The notes under the pieces: model-generated
What the model was told of the DNA's origin: nothing
The model's input: only the letters and a program-made list of their open reading frames with translations
The model's database searches: none
In this document: positions 43,937 through 53,968 of the stretch, one piece after another
How the letters are laid out: each line of letters starts with the position of its first letter
How positions within the stretch are numbered: position 1 is the first letter of the stretch
Position numbers and translations under genes: made by a program
DNA from: Candidatus Latescibacterota bacterium
GTDB lineage: Bacteria > Latescibacterota > UBA2968 > UBA8231
Assembly (NCBI GenBank): GCA_965221775.1
Contig: CBDCSU010000006.1
Span: 32,001-96,000, forward strand
DNA: 64,000 nt
Direction: 5' to 3'

Positions 43937-44416
43937 TTGATACGCGCCGTCAGCCTGGGCCTCCTCTCCTTCGCCGTCTGGCTTCTCTGGTCCGGCCACT
44001 ACACCCCCCTGCTGCTGACCTTGGGCGCCGGTTCCTGCTTCCTCGTCGTCCTCATCGCCCGGCGCATGGAGGTCCTCGACGAGGAGGGGGTGCCCGTTCA
44101 CGTCGGGCCGCGGCTCCTCCTCTACCTCCCCTGGCTCATGTGGGCCATCGTCCGGGCCAACATCGACGTGGCCCTGCGCATCCTGCGGCCGGGAACGCCC
44201 ATCTCCCCGCGCCTGCTGCGGGTCCGGCCGGGACAGAGGACGAGCGTGGGCCGCGCCATCTACGCCAACTCGATCACCCTGACGCCGGGGACCCTGACCT
44301 GCGATGCCGACGGCGAGGGGTTCACGGTCCACGCCCTGACCCGGGAGGCGGCCGAGGAGCTGGAGTCGGGCGCCATGGACCGGCGGGTGCGGCTTCTAGA
44401 GGGCCGGGAGGACTGA
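43937..44416 (+). CDS. mnhE: Na+/H+ antiporter subunit E
   Basis: WLLWSGHY, ANIDVA, YANSITLTPGT, VHAL; TTG start after GGAG. Confidence 0.9.
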   Translation: MIRAVSLGLLSFAVWLLWSGHYTPLLLTLGAGSCFLVVLIARRMEVLDEEGVPVHVGPRLLLYLPWLMWAIVRANIDVALRILRPGTPISPRLLRVRPGQRTSVGRAIYANSITLTPGTLTCDADGEGFTVHALTREAAEELESGAMDRRVRLLEGRED

Positions 44417-44421
44417 GAGCC

Positions 44422-44700
44422 GTGTTCGCGATGACCATGGCCGCCGTGCTGTTCACCATGGCGCTGGCCCTGGCGCGCACCGCCCTCGGTCCAACGGTGT
44501 ACGACCGCGTCCTCGGGGCCAACATGTGCGGCACCAAGACGGTGCTGCTCATCGCCGTCCTCGGCTTCCTCACGGGGCGGCCCGAGTTCCTCGACCTGGC
44601 CCTGATCTACGTCCTCATCAACTTCATCTCCACCGTGGCGATCCTGAAGTTCGTCCAGTACGGGAGCTTCCACGGACCCGGGCGGGTGGGCCGCCGCTGA
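44422..44700 (+). CDS. mnhF: Na+/H+ antiporter subunit F
   Basis: GPTVYDRVL, DLALIY.LINF motif; three TM segments. Confidence 0.9.
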   Translation: MFAMTMAAVLFTMALALARTALGPTVYDRVLGANMCGTKTVLLIAVLGFLTGRPEFLDLALIYVLINFISTVAILKFVQYGSFHGPGRVGRR

Positions 44701-44702
44701 CC

Positions 44703-45044
44703 ATGGACCTCATCGACCTGGCCAGCTGGGTGCTGCTGATGTCGGGGGCCTTCTTCTGCGTCGTCGGCGGCGTCGGGCTGCACCGGCTGCCCGACTTCTT
44801 CAGCCGCATGCACGGCGCCGGCGTCACCGACACCCTGGGCGCCGGGCTGGTCCTCGGGGGGCTGATGCTGCAGGCGGGGTGGACGCTGGTGCTGGTCAAG
44901 CTGGTCTTCGTCCTCGCCCTGTTGTGGATCACCGGTCCGACGGCGGCGCACGCCATCGCCAAGGCGGCCCTCGAGGACGGGCTGGAGCCCCACACCGGAG
45001 AGCCGGAGGCCCCCCCCTCCGGGAGGGAGGGCGACTCCTCGTGA
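44703..45044 (+). CDS. mnhG: Na+/H+ antiporter subunit G
   Basis: GLHRLPDFFSRMHGAG..DTLG, PTAAHAIAKAA. Confidence 0.9.
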   Translation: MDLIDLASWVLLMSGAFFCVVGGVGLHRLPDFFSRMHGAGVTDTLGAGLVLGGLMLQAGWTLVLVKLVFVLALLWITGPTAAHAIAKAALEDGLEPHTGEPEAPPSGREGDSS

Positions 45045-45586
45045 CCGGGCTGATCGACCTCAGCCTCCTCCTCTTCCTGGCCGGTATCGCCGTGGCCGTG
45101 GCCCGTCTCCACAACCTCCTCGCCGTGGTCGTCTTCCTCGGCTTCTACACCCTCGTCTCGGCCGCCCTCTTCACGGTCCTCGACGCCGTCGACGTGGCCT
45201 TCACCGAGGCCGCTGTCGGCGCCGGCGTGTCCACCGTCCTCATGCTCGCCACGCTGCTGCTGACGACGAGGCAGGAGAAGCACGGACAGCCCACGGTCGT
45301 GCCCTTCCTCGTGGTGGTGATCACCGGGGCCGCCCTGGTCTTCGCAACCCTCGACATGCCGAGCTACGGCGACCCCGCGGCGCCGGTCCACCGGCACGTG
45401 GCGCCGCGCTACATCGAGCGCTCGGGCGAGGAGATCGGCGTGCCCAACATCGTCACCTCCGTGCTGGCCAGCTACCGGGGCTACGACACCCTCGGCGAGC
45501 TGACCGTGATCTTCACCGCCGGCGTCGGCGTACTGCTGCTCCTGGGCGGACGCCCGCGGCCCCGGGGCGGGGGGGGTGCCTCGTGA
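45041..45586 (+). CDS. Mrp subunit, DUF4040 + MnhB N-terminal part
   Basis: AVDVAFTEAAVGAG and NIVTSVLASYRGYDTLGE motifs; GTGA-coupled to both neighbours. Confidence 0.85.
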   Translation: MTGLIDLSLLLFLAGIAVAVARLHNLLAVVVFLGFYTLVSAALFTVLDAVDVAFTEAAVGAGVSTVLMLATLLLTTRQEKHGQPTVVPFLVVVITGAALVFATLDMPSYGDPAAPVHRHVAPRYIERSGEEIGVPNIVTSVLASYRGYDTLGELTVIFTAGVGVLLLLGGRPRPRGGGGAS

Positions 45587-46017
45587 GCCACCATCTCATC
45601 CTCCGGGTCGCGGCCAAGCTGCTGATCCCCTTCATCCTCATCTTCGCCCTCTACGTGCAGTTCCACGGCGACTACGGCCCCGGAGGGGGATTCCAGGCCG
45701 GGGTGATCTTCGCCGCCGCCTTCGTCCTCTACGCCCTCGTCTTCGGCGTCGAGGCGGCCCGGCGGATCGCCCCCGCCCGCCTGCTCGAGGCGGGGATCGC
45801 CGGCGGCGTGCTGCTCTTCGCGGGGACCGGTCTGGCGTGCATGCTGATGGGCGGCCACTTCCTCGACTACGACTTCCTCGCCGCCGATGCCGTGGAGGGC
45901 CAGCACCACGGCATCCTGCTCGTCGAGCTGGGGGTGGGAATCACCGTGGCCGCGGTGATGATCGCCGTCTTCCTCGCCTTCGCCGGGCGCAAGGGGGATT
46001 CGTGCACGTCGGGCTGA
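45583..46017 (+). CDS. mnhB: Na+/H+ antiporter subunit B
   Basis: HGDYGPGGGFQAGV, ELGVGITV. Confidence 0.9.
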   Translation: MSHHLILRVAAKLLIPFILIFALYVQFHGDYGPGGGFQAGVIFAAAFVLYALVFGVEAARRIAPARLLEAGIAGGVLLFAGTGLACMLMGGHFLDYDFLAADAVEGQHHGILLVELGVGITVAAVMIAVFLAFAGRKGDSCTSG

Positions 46018-46349
46018 TGAACTACTGGGTCGTCGTCTTCCTGATGATGACCGGCTTCTACATCGTCATGTCGAGCCGCAACCTGATCAAGAAGATGGTC
46101 GGCCTGGGCCTCTTCCAGACCTCGGTCTTCATCCTCTACATCACCATGGGCAAGATGGAGGGAGGGACGGCGCCGATCCTCACGGAGGCGGGCGCCGCCT
46201 ACTCCAATCCCCTGCCCCACGTCCTCATCCTCACCGCCATCGTCGTCGGTATCGCCACGACGGCCCTGGGCCTGGCCCTCATCGTCCGCATCCAGGAAGC
46301 CTACGGCACCGTGGAGGAGGACGAGATCCACGCCGCCGACGCCGGGTGA
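46002..46349 (+). CDS. mnhC: Na+/H+ antiporter subunit C
   Basis: NLIKK..GL, NPLPHVLILTAIVVG; start GTG 46002 or ATG 46017. Confidence 0.9.
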   Translation: MHVGLMNYWVVVFLMMTGFYIVMSSRNLIKKMVGLGLFQTSVFILYITMGKMEGGTAPILTEAGAAYSNPLPHVLILTAIVVGIATTALGLALIVRIQEAYGTVEEDEIHAADAG

Positions 46350-47833
46350 GCCTCTCCGAGCACCTGCCGGTCCTGCAGATCGTCGTGCCCCTCGCGGCAT
46401 CGCCGGTCTGCGTCCTCCTGCGCCGCCGCCGCTGGAGCTGGGGCCTGGCCCTGGCCGCCGCCTGGACCGCCTTCGGCGTCGCCGCCCTGCTGCTCCACCG
46501 GGCCCTGGCCGAAGGCGTCGTCGTCTACGCTCTCGGCGGCTGGGAGCCGCCCTGGGGCATCGAGTACCGCGTCGACCCGGTGAACGCCTTCGTCCTGCTC
46601 CTGGTGGCCCTCATCGGCGCCGTGGTCCTGCTCTACACGCCGCGCAGCCTCGCCGCCGAGTTGCCCGACATCCGGGCCGGCCTGTTCTACAGCGCCTGCC
46701 TGCTCTGCCTCACCGGGCTCATGGGCATGGCGATCACCGGGGACGTCTTCAACCTCTTCGTCTTCCTCGAGATCTCCTCCCTGTCGAGCTATACCCTCAT
46801 CGCCCTCGGGCGGGACCGGCGCGCCCTGAGCGCCTCCTTCCAGTACCTCATCATGGGGACGGTGGGGGCGACCTTCTTCGTCATCGGCATCGGCCTGCTC
46901 TACATGATGACGGGCACCCTCAACATGGTCGACCTGGCCCAGCGCCTGCAGCCGGTGGTGCACACGCGCACGGTGCTGGCCGCCTTCGCCTTCCTCACCG
47001 TGGGGGTCGGCCTCAAGCTGGCCCTCTTCCCGCTGCACCTGTGGCTGCCCAACGCCTATGCCCACGCCCCCTCGGCGGTGACCGCCCTGCTCGCGGCGAC
47101 GGCGACCAAGGTCTCGGTCTACGTCTTCCTGCGGTTCTACTACGGGATCTTCGGCCCCGCCTTCGCCTTCGGGACCCTCGGCATGGACGCGCTGCTCGTC
47201 GGCCTGGGGCTGGCGGGGGTCTTCGTCGCCTCCCTGGTGGCCCTCTCCCAGGAGAACCTCAAGCGCCTCCTCGCCTGGTCGAGCATCGCCCAGGTCGGCT
47301 ACATGATCGTCGGCGTCGGGCTGGGCTCGGCCACGGGGCTGACGGCGACCCTGGTGCACCTCTTCAACCACGCCGTGACCAAGGGCGCCCTGTTCCTCGC
47401 CGTGGGCTGCATGGTGGCCCGCCTCGGCGCCTGCGAGCTGGATGACCTGCGGGGCATGGGCCGGCGCATGCCGGTGACTACGGCGGCCGTCGTCCTCGGC
47501 GGGCTGAGCCTGATCGGGGTGCCGCTCACGGCGGGCTTCGTCAGCAAGTGGTACCTGGTGCTCGCCGCCGTGGAGCGCGGCTGGTGGCCGGTGGCGGTCC
47601 TCGTCCTCCTCGGCTCGCTGATCGCCGTCGGCTACGTCTGGCGGGTCGTGGAGGCCGCCTACTTCCAGCCCGCCGAGGGCCGCACCGCCGAGGTCTCGGA
47701 GGCGCCCGGCTCGATGCTGGTCCCCACCTGGATCCTGGTGGGCGCCACCCTCTGGTTCGGGATCACCGCCGTCTTCACCGCCGGCGTCGCCCGCCGGGGG
47801 GCGGAGGTGCTCATGGCAGGTCTGGCGCCGTGA
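46346..47833 (+). CDS. mnhD: Na+/H+ antiporter subunit D family (proton-conducting membrane subunit)
   Basis: GGWEPPWGIE, GDVFNLFVFLEI, KLALFPLHLWLPNAY, KRLLAWSSIAQ. Confidence 0.9.
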   Translation: MSLSEHLPVLQIVVPLAASPVCVLLRRRRWSWGLALAAAWTAFGVAALLLHRALAEGVVVYALGGWEPPWGIEYRVDPVNAFVLLLVALIGAVVLLYTPRSLAAELPDIRAGLFYSACLLCLTGLMGMAITGDVFNLFVFLEISSLSSYTLIALGRDRRALSASFQYLIMGTVGATFFVIGIGLLYMMTGTLNMVDLAQRLQPVVHTRTVLAAFAFLTVGVGLKLALFPLHLWLPNAYAHAPSAVTALLAATATKVSVYVFLRFYYGIFGPAFAFGTLGMDALLVGLGLAGVFVASLVALSQENLKRLLAWSSIAQVGYMIVGVGLGSATGLTATLVHLFNHAVTKGALFLAVGCMVARLGACELDDLRGMGRRMPVTTAAVVLGGLSLIGVPLTAGFVSKWYLVLAAVERGWWPVAVLVLLGSLIAVGYVWRVVEAAYFQPAEGRTAEVSEAPGSMLVPTWILVGATLWFGITAVFTAGVARRGAEVLMAGLAP

Positions 47834-49299
47834 CCGCCGAGACCGCCCTCCTGCTGGCCGTCCTGCTCCCGGCCGGGGCGGCGGGGTTGGTGGCCCTGGC
47901 CGGGGGGCGGCCGAACCTCCGGGACGGTCTGAGCCTGGCGGCGGGGGCCGCCACCTTCGGCGTCGTCCTCACCCTCGTGCCCACCGTCGCCGCCGGCCGG
48001 CTTCCGGAGGTGGTCCTCCTCGAAGTGGTGCCCGGCCTCGATCTCGCCTTCCACGCCGAGCCCCTGGGCATGGTCTTCGCGCTCGTGGCCTCGGGCCTGT
48101 GGATCGTCACCACCCTCTACGGCATCGGCTACATGCGCGGCCACCACGAGGGGAACCAGACCCGGTTCTTCTTCTTCTTCGCCGTCGCCATCGGCGCCGC
48201 CCTGGGCGTGGCCTTCGCCCGCAACCTGCTGACCCTGTTCATCTTCTACGAGGTCCTCACCCTCTCCACCTATCCCCTGGTCACCCACCGGCGCACGGAC
48301 GAGGCCCGCGCCGGGGGCCGAGTCTACCTGGGGATCCTCATGACCACGTCGGTGGCCTTCCTGCTGCTGGCCGTGGCCTGGACCTACGCCGCCGCGGGCA
48401 CCCTCGACTTCGAGGCCGGCGGCATCCTCGCCGGCAAGGTGGAGGGCCCCGGTCTCTACCTGCTCCTGGGGCTGTTCGCCTTCGGCACCGGCAAGGCGGC
48501 GCTCATGCCCTTCCACCGCTGGCTGCCGGCGGCGATGGTGGCTCCGGCGCCGGTGAGCGCCCTGCTGCACGCGGTGGCCGTGGTCAAGGCGGGGGTGTTC
48601 ACCATCCTCAAGCTGCTGGTCTATCTCTTCGGCCTCGATTACCTGAGCGAGACCGGCGCCAGCGTGTGGCTCATGTACGCCGCCGGGGCCACGGTCCTGG
48701 CAGCCTCCCTGGTGGCCATGACCCGGGACAACCTCAAGGCGAGGCTCGCCTACTCGACGGTGAGCCAGCTCTCCTACATCGTCCTCGGAGCGGCCCTGGC
48801 CACGCCGCTGGCCGTGGTCGGCGGGGCGATGCACATCGTCATGCACGCCTTCGGCAAGATCACCCTGTTCTTCTGCGCCGGCGCCATCGACGTGGCCCTC
48901 CACAAGACCGAGGTCAGCGACATGCGCGGCATCGGCCGGCGGATGCCCTTCACCATGGCCGCCTTCCTCGTGGGCGCCCTGTGCGTCATCGGCCTGCCGC
49001 CGCTGGGCGGCTTGTGGAGCAAGTGGTACCTGTTCCTCGGGGCCCTGGAGGCGGGGCAGCGGGTCTTCGTGGCGGTGCTCATGGTGAGCTCCCTGCTCAA
49101 CATCGCCTACCTCGTGCCGATCCCGGTGCGCGCCTTCTTCTCCCGCCCCGGCGAGGACGGTACCGGCCTCCGGGAGGCCCCGGTGTTGTGTCTCCTGCCC
49201 CTCGCGCTCACGGCCCTGGGGTGCGTGGTCCTGTTCTTCCAGGCCGGGCCGATCTACCGGTTCCTGGCGGCACTGGCCCCGGGTCTGGCGGGAGACTGA
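47830..49299 (+). CDS. second MrpD/MrpA-like proton-conducting subunit
   Basis: NLLTLFIFYE, KAALMPFHRWLPAAMVAP, LLHAVAVVKAG, KARLAYSTVSQ; GTG start coupled to the upstream stop. Confidence 0.9.
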   Translation: MTAETALLLAVLLPAGAAGLVALAGGRPNLRDGLSLAAGAATFGVVLTLVPTVAAGRLPEVVLLEVVPGLDLAFHAEPLGMVFALVASGLWIVTTLYGIGYMRGHHEGNQTRFFFFFAVAIGAALGVAFARNLLTLFIFYEVLTLSTYPLVTHRRTDEARAGGRVYLGILMTTSVAFLLLAVAWTYAAAGTLDFEAGGILAGKVEGPGLYLLLGLFAFGTGKAALMPFHRWLPAAMVAPAPVSALLHAVAVVKAGVFTILKLLVYLFGLDYLSETGASVWLMYAAGATVLAASLVAMTRDNLKARLAYSTVSQLSYIVLGAALATPLAVVGGAMHIVMHAFGKITLFFCAGAIDVALHKTEVSDMRGIGRRMPFTMAAFLVGALCVIGLPPLGGLWSKWYLFLGALEAGQRVFVAVLMVSSLLNIAYLVPIPVRAFFSRPGEDGTGLREAPVLCLLPLALTALGCVVLFFQAGPIYRFLAALAPGLAGD

Positions 49300-49302
49300 C
49301 CG

Positions 49303-49569
49303 ATGGAATCCTCCGGCAAGCGCCACCTCTTCGACGACGCGCGCAACGTGAAGCGCATCATCCGGCTGCTCTTCGCCTGCTGCGCCGTCCTCCTGGCGTC
49401 GGACTTCGTGATCCACCGCCACCTGAGCTTCCGGGAGGGCCTCCTCGACTCCGAGGGCTGGTACGGCTTCTACCCGGTGTACGGGTTCGTCGCCTGCGTC
49501 CTGCTGGTGCTGGCGGCCCGGCAGATGCGCAAGTTCCTCATGCGCGGCGAGGACTACTATGAGCGGTAG
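49303..49569 (+). CDS. small two-TM membrane protein within the Mrp operon
   Basis: Two hydrophobic segments, GFYPVYGFVAC...LMRGEDYY; 3 bp from the upstream gene and overlapping the downstream one. Confidence 0.75.
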   Translation: MESSGKRHLFDDARNVKRIIRLLFACCAVLLASDFVIHRHLSFREGLLDSEGWYGFYPVYGFVACVLLVLAARQMRKFLMRGEDYYER

Positions 49570-51274
49570 CCTCCACCCGGCCCTCATCCTGGTGGCCGGC
49601 GCCCTGCTGCTGCCGCTGCTGCGGGGCCGCTGGCGGGGGGCGGCGACGGTGGTCCTGCCCCTGGCGGGGTTCCTCAACCTCCTGGGGCTGGAGACCGGGG
49701 ACGAGCTGCGGCTGGGCCTGGCCGGCCTCGAGCTGCACGTGCTGCGCGTCGACCGGCTCAGCCTGATCTTCGGATACCTCTTCCACCTGGCGGCCCTCGT
49801 GGGCGCCGTCTACGCCCTGCATCTGAAGGACTGGCTGCAGCCGACGACGGGCCTGGCCTACGCCGGCAGCGCCGTGGGCGCCGTCTTCGCCGGCGACCTG
49901 GTCACCCTGTTCCTGTTCTGGGAGCTGCTGGCGGTCACCGCGGTCTTCCAGATCTGGGCCCGGAGGACCGAGCGCGCCCTGGGGGCGGGGATGCGCTACC
50001 TCCTCGTCCACGTCACCTCGGGCCTGCTGCTGCTGGCCGCCGCCGCCCTGCGCCACCACGAGACCGGGTCGCTGGCCTTCGGCCCCATGGAGCTGGACGG
50101 CCTGGCGGCGTGGCTGCTGCTGCTGGCCATCGGCGTCAAGTGCGCCTTCCCCCTGCTGCACACGTGGCTCGTCGACGCCTACCCGGAGGCGACGCCCACG
50201 GGCACCGTCTTCCTCTCGGCCTTCACCACCAAGGCCGCCGTCTACTGCCTGGCCCGCGGCTTCGCCGGCGCCGAGGTGCTGATCTGGATCGGGGCGGCGA
50301 TGACCCTCTTCCCGATCTTCTTCGCCGTCATCGAGAACGACCTGCGCCGGGTCCTCGGCTACAGCATGATCAACCAGATCGGCTTCATGGTCGTCGGCGT
50401 CGGCCTCGGCGAGGGGCTGGGGGTGAACGGCGCCGTGGCCCACGCCTTCAACGACGTGTTCTTCAAGGGCGTGCTGTTCATGTCCATGGGGGCCGTCCTG
50501 CTGCGCACGGGACGGATGAACGGCTCCGACCTGGGCGGCCTCTACAAGTCGATGCCGTGGACCGCGGGGTTCTGCATCGTCGGCGCCTCGTCGATCTCGG
50601 CCTTCCCCCTCTTCAGCGGCTTCGTCAGCAAGTCGATGGTCATGGCCGAGGCCGCCCACCAGGGGCACGTCGTGCTGTGGCTGATGCTGCTCTTCGCCTC
50701 GGCGGGGGTCTTCCATCACGCCGGCATCAAGATCCCCTTCTTCGCCTTCTTCTCCCACGACGCCGGCATCCGCTGCCGCGAGGCGCCGCGGAACATGCTG
50801 ATCGCCATGGGCCTGGGGGCCGCCGTCTGCCTCTTCAACGGCATCTGGCCGGGGGTCCTCTACGGACTCCTGCCCTACCCGGTGGTGTTCTCCGACGGCA
50901 CCGTGTACCACCCCTTCGAGCCGAGCCACGTCCTGCACCAGCTGCAGCTCCTGTTCTTCTCGGCCCTCGCCTTCGCCGCCCTCAAGCTGACCCACCTCTA
51001 CCCGCCCGAGCTGCGCTCGGTGAACCTCGAGGTCGACTGGCTCGGGCGGAAGCTGCTGCCCCGGGGGATCCGCAGACTGGTGGATCTCACCGCGCCGCTG
51101 CGCGAGGGGCTCTCAGGCGCGGGCCGGGGCCTGGCGGCGTGGACGATCGATTTCCTCCGTCCCGATCACGGACCCGCCGCCTGGGCGGAACGGACCTGGC
51201 TCACCAGCACCTCCGTCCTCGTCGTCGTCGGGGTCCTGGCGGCGTACCTGCTCTACGTCTACCGGACGTTCTGA
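49559..51274 (+). CDS. third MrpD/MrpA-like Na+/H+ antiporter subunit
   Basis: GDLVTLFLFWE, AFPLLHTWLVDAYPEA, AFTTK, ENDLRRVLGYS, FPLFSGFVSK. Confidence 0.9.
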   Translation: MSGSLHPALILVAGALLLPLLRGRWRGAATVVLPLAGFLNLLGLETGDELRLGLAGLELHVLRVDRLSLIFGYLFHLAALVGAVYALHLKDWLQPTTGLAYAGSAVGAVFAGDLVTLFLFWELLAVTAVFQIWARRTERALGAGMRYLLVHVTSGLLLLAAAALRHHETGSLAFGPMELDGLAAWLLLLAIGVKCAFPLLHTWLVDAYPEATPTGTVFLSAFTTKAAVYCLARGFAGAEVLIWIGAAMTLFPIFFAVIENDLRRVLGYSMINQIGFMVVGVGLGEGLGVNGAVAHAFNDVFFKGVLFMSMGAVLLRTGRMNGSDLGGLYKSMPWTAGFCIVGASSISAFPLFSGFVSKSMVMAEAAHQGHVVLWLMLLFASAGVFHHAGIKIPFFAFFSHDAGIRCREAPRNMLIAMGLGAAVCLFNGIWPGVLYGLLPYPVVFSDGTVYHPFEPSHVLHQLQLLFFSALAFAALKLTHLYPPELRSVNLEVDWLGRKLLPRGIRRLVDLTAPLREGLSGAGRGLAAWTIDFLRPDHGPAAWAERTWLTSTSVLVVVGVLAAYLLYVYRTF

Positions 51275-51355
51275 CCGGCCACGGCCGGCCCGCGCCTCCG
51301 CCCGAACCGCGGCGGGGGTTGCATCCCCGGGTGGCCGCGGACGCGTGACCCGGCC

Positions 51356-51860
51356 TCAGGCCTCGAGCCCGAGGGCCGCCAGCACGGCCTCGGCCGGCCT
51401 CTTCCGGGGTGCCGGAGACGTCCACGAGGAGCGCGTTGACGGGCGTCTCGAGGGCCTCGAACTGGCTGCGGAGGAGGCCGGCGGGCATGTAGCGGTGGAC
51501 GCGGCGGCGCAGGCGATCGGCGATGAGCGCCTCGGGGGCGGAGAGGTGGACGAAGCGGACCCGGTCCCGGCGGGGGCCGCGCAGGACGGCGCGGTAGCTC
51601 TCCTTGAGGGCCGAGCAGCCGAGGAGGCAGCTGCGGCCGGTGTCGAGGCGCCCGCCGATCTCATCGGACAACCGGCGGAGCCAGGGCCAGCGGTCCTCGT
51701 CGCGCAGGGGGATGCCGGCGGCCATCCTGGCCACGTTGGCCTCGGGGTGGAAGTCGTCGCCGTCGAGGAAGGGCCAGCCGAGGCGCTCTTCGAGGAGGCG
51801 GCCCACGGTGGTCTTGCCGCATCCGGTGACGCCCATGAGCACCACGGCCACCGCGTCCAT
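51356..51860 (-). CDS. gntK: gluconokinase (GntK/IdnK family) with an apparent +1 frameshift near the 3' end
   Basis: [11 protein letters not shown]-loop, DGDDFHP..NV.RM..G.PL.D.DR.PWL, CSALK..YR, SQF.ALE. The natural C-terminus ([12 protein letters not shown]) is in another frame after ~51396; span 505 = 3n+1. Confidence 0.85.
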
Positions 51861-51984
51861 CGTCTCCGTTCCCCCGCGGGCTTGCGGTAGAGCCGCTTCC
51901 GGAGCTGGAGCGGCGCCCCCCCGCGCCGCTCGTGGCGCCGGGGGTTTCCAGTATAGACATTTGCCCCCGGGGATCCCGAACGCC

Positions 51985-52896
51985 ATGCCCGAGCTGCCCG
52001 ATGTCCTCGCCTACCTGACCGCCCTGGAGCGCGGGGTCCGCGGCCGTGTGATCGAGGCGATCCAGCTGCGCAGCCCCTTCCTGGTGCGCACCGTCGACCC
52101 CCGGCTCGACGCCGCCGAGGGCCTGCGGGTGGCCGCCTTCCGCCGCATCGGCAAGCGCATCGTCTGGGAGCTGGAGGACGACCTGTTCCTCGTCTTCCAC
52201 CTGATGATCGCCGGCCGGTTTCACTGGAAGAAGGCCGGCACCCGGCCGACGCGGAAGGTCGACCTGGCGGCCTTCCACTTCGACACGGGAACGCTGATGC
52301 TCACCGAGGCCGGCTCGAAGAAGCGGGCCTCCCTGCACGTCATCCGCGGCGCCGGCGGGCTGGCCGACCACGACCCGGGCGGCCTGGAGGTGCTGGAGGC
52401 GAACCTCGACGAGTTCGCCAGCGTCCTGCGCAGCCGCAACCACACCCTCAAGCGGGCCCTCACCGACCCGCGGCTGTTCTCCGGCATCGGCAACGCCTAC
52501 TCCGACGAGATCCTCCACGCCGCCGGGCTGTCGCCGGTGAAGTGGACCTCCCGCCTCGGCGACGACGAAGTGGAGCGCCTCTACGAGGCCGCGCGCTCGA
52601 CCCTGGAGGACTGGTGCGCCCGCCTCCGGGCCGAGGCCGAGCAGGCCTTCCCCGAGAAGGTCACCGCCTTCCGCCCCGAGATGGCCGTCCACGGCCGCTA
52701 CGGCAAGCCCTGCCCCGCCTGCGGCACCGCCGTGCAGGAGATCGCCTACGCCTCGAAGGAGACCAACTACTGCCCGCGGTGCCAGACCGGGGGCCGGGTG
52801 CTGGCGGACCGGCAGTTGTCGCGCATGCTGAAGAACGACTGGCCGCGGACGATCGAGGAGCTGGAGGCGCGGCTCGGGACCGCCGGCGCGGACTGA
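51985..52896 (+). CDS. mutM: formamidopyrimidine-DNA glycosylase (Fpg/Nei family)
   Basis: MPELPDV N-terminus, [21 protein letters not shown]2TH motif, CPACG...YCPRCQ zinc finger. Confidence 0.9.
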   Translation: MPELPDVLAYLTALERGVRGRVIEAIQLRSPFLVRTVDPRLDAAEGLRVAAFRRIGKRIVWELEDDLFLVFHLMIAGRFHWKKAGTRPTRKVDLAAFHFDTGTLMLTEAGSKKRASLHVIRGAGGLADHDPGGLEVLEANLDEFASVLRSRNHTLKRALTDPRLFSGIGNAYSDEILHAAGLSPVKWTSRLGDDEVERLYEAARSTLEDWCARLRAEAEQAFPEKVTAFRPEMAVHGRYGKPCPACGTAVQEIAYASKETNYCPRCQTGGRVLADRQLSRMLKNDWPRTIEELEARLGTAGAD

Positions 52897-52900
52897 CTCC

Positions 52901-53803
52901 GTGGCCTCCCCCGTCGACGTCGCCGGTCTCGGAATGATCACCGTGGACCACCTCTTCCGGGTGCCGGAGCTGCCCGCCGTCGGCGCTCCCCGCCGGGCCT
53001 CGGGCCACGCGCGCGCCTGCGGCGGCCCCGTGCCCAACGCCCTGGCGTGCCTGTCGCGCCTCGGGGTCTCGACCCGCTTCGTCGGCAAGGTGGGCGACGA
53101 CGAGGAGGGCGACTTCGCGAGGTCGGAGCTTCGCCGCCGCGGCGTCGACGTCTCCCGGGTGCGGGTGGCCCGGGGGCGGTCCCGCCTCGTCCTGGTCCTC
53201 GTCGAGGAGGACGGGGGCGAGCGCGCCTTCGTCTCCCGGCCGGAGTCCTTTCCGCCCCTGACCGGCGCCGACCTGAAGCCGGAGGACGTGGCCGGCGCCC
53301 GGGTCCTGCACCTCGACGACGCCGACGACGCCGCCATCGGCGCCGCCCGCCGGGCGCGCGCAGGCGGAGCCGCCGTCGTCCTCGACGGCACCTGGCAGAG
53401 CGACCGCCTGGAGGAGCTGCTGCCGCTGGTCGACCACGCGGTGGTGAGCGGGTTCTTCGCCCGCCGCTGGCTCCCCGGCGCCGGGCGTTGGCAGGTGCTG
53501 CGGCGGCTGCGCGCCCTCGGGGCGGGCACCGCGGTCCTGACCCGCGGCGAGCGCGGCGCCGCCGCCGAGGACCACCGCGGCCGGGTCGAGGTTCCGGCGC
53601 CCTCGGTGGAGGTGGTCGACACCACCGGCGCCGGAGACGCCTTTCACGGGGGGTTCATCTTCGGAGTGCTCCAGGGCTGGCCCCTGGAGCGGACCCTGCC
53701 CTTCGCCTGCGCCGCGGGCGCCCTGAACTGCCGCGCCCTCGGCGGACAGGCCGGACTCCCGAGCCGGGAAGAGGTCGAGGGGCTGCTGGCGGCGAGCCCC
53801 TGA
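52901..53803 (+). CDS. PfkB family carbohydrate kinase
   Basis: GGPVPNA...LG..VGDD and VVDTTGAGDAFHGG signatures. Confidence 0.9.
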   Translation: MASPVDVAGLGMITVDHLFRVPELPAVGAPRRASGHARACGGPVPNALACLSRLGVSTRFVGKVGDDEEGDFARSELRRRGVDVSRVRVARGRSRLVLVLVEEDGGERAFVSRPESFPPLTGADLKPEDVAGARVLHLDDADDAAIGAARRARAGGAAVVLDGTWQSDRLEELLPLVDHAVVSGFFARRWLPGAGRWQVLRRLRALGAGTAVLTRGERGAAAEDHRGRVEVPAPSVEVVDTTGAGDAFHGGFIFGVLQGWPLERTLPFACAAGALNCRALGGQAGLPSREEVEGLLAASP

Positions 53804-53968
53804 GCGAGGCCGCGGCCCTGGCGCGGCGGCGCCCTCGCCCTCGCCCGCTCCCGGCGCAAGGGAGGGTGCTTTCCCGCGCCATCCCGAGGCGGTATTGTGT
53901 GAGCCCGGGAGGGACGCCGGCGGGAGGACGAAACCGGCGGCGTGGCCCCCCGGGGATGGGAAAGGCCG

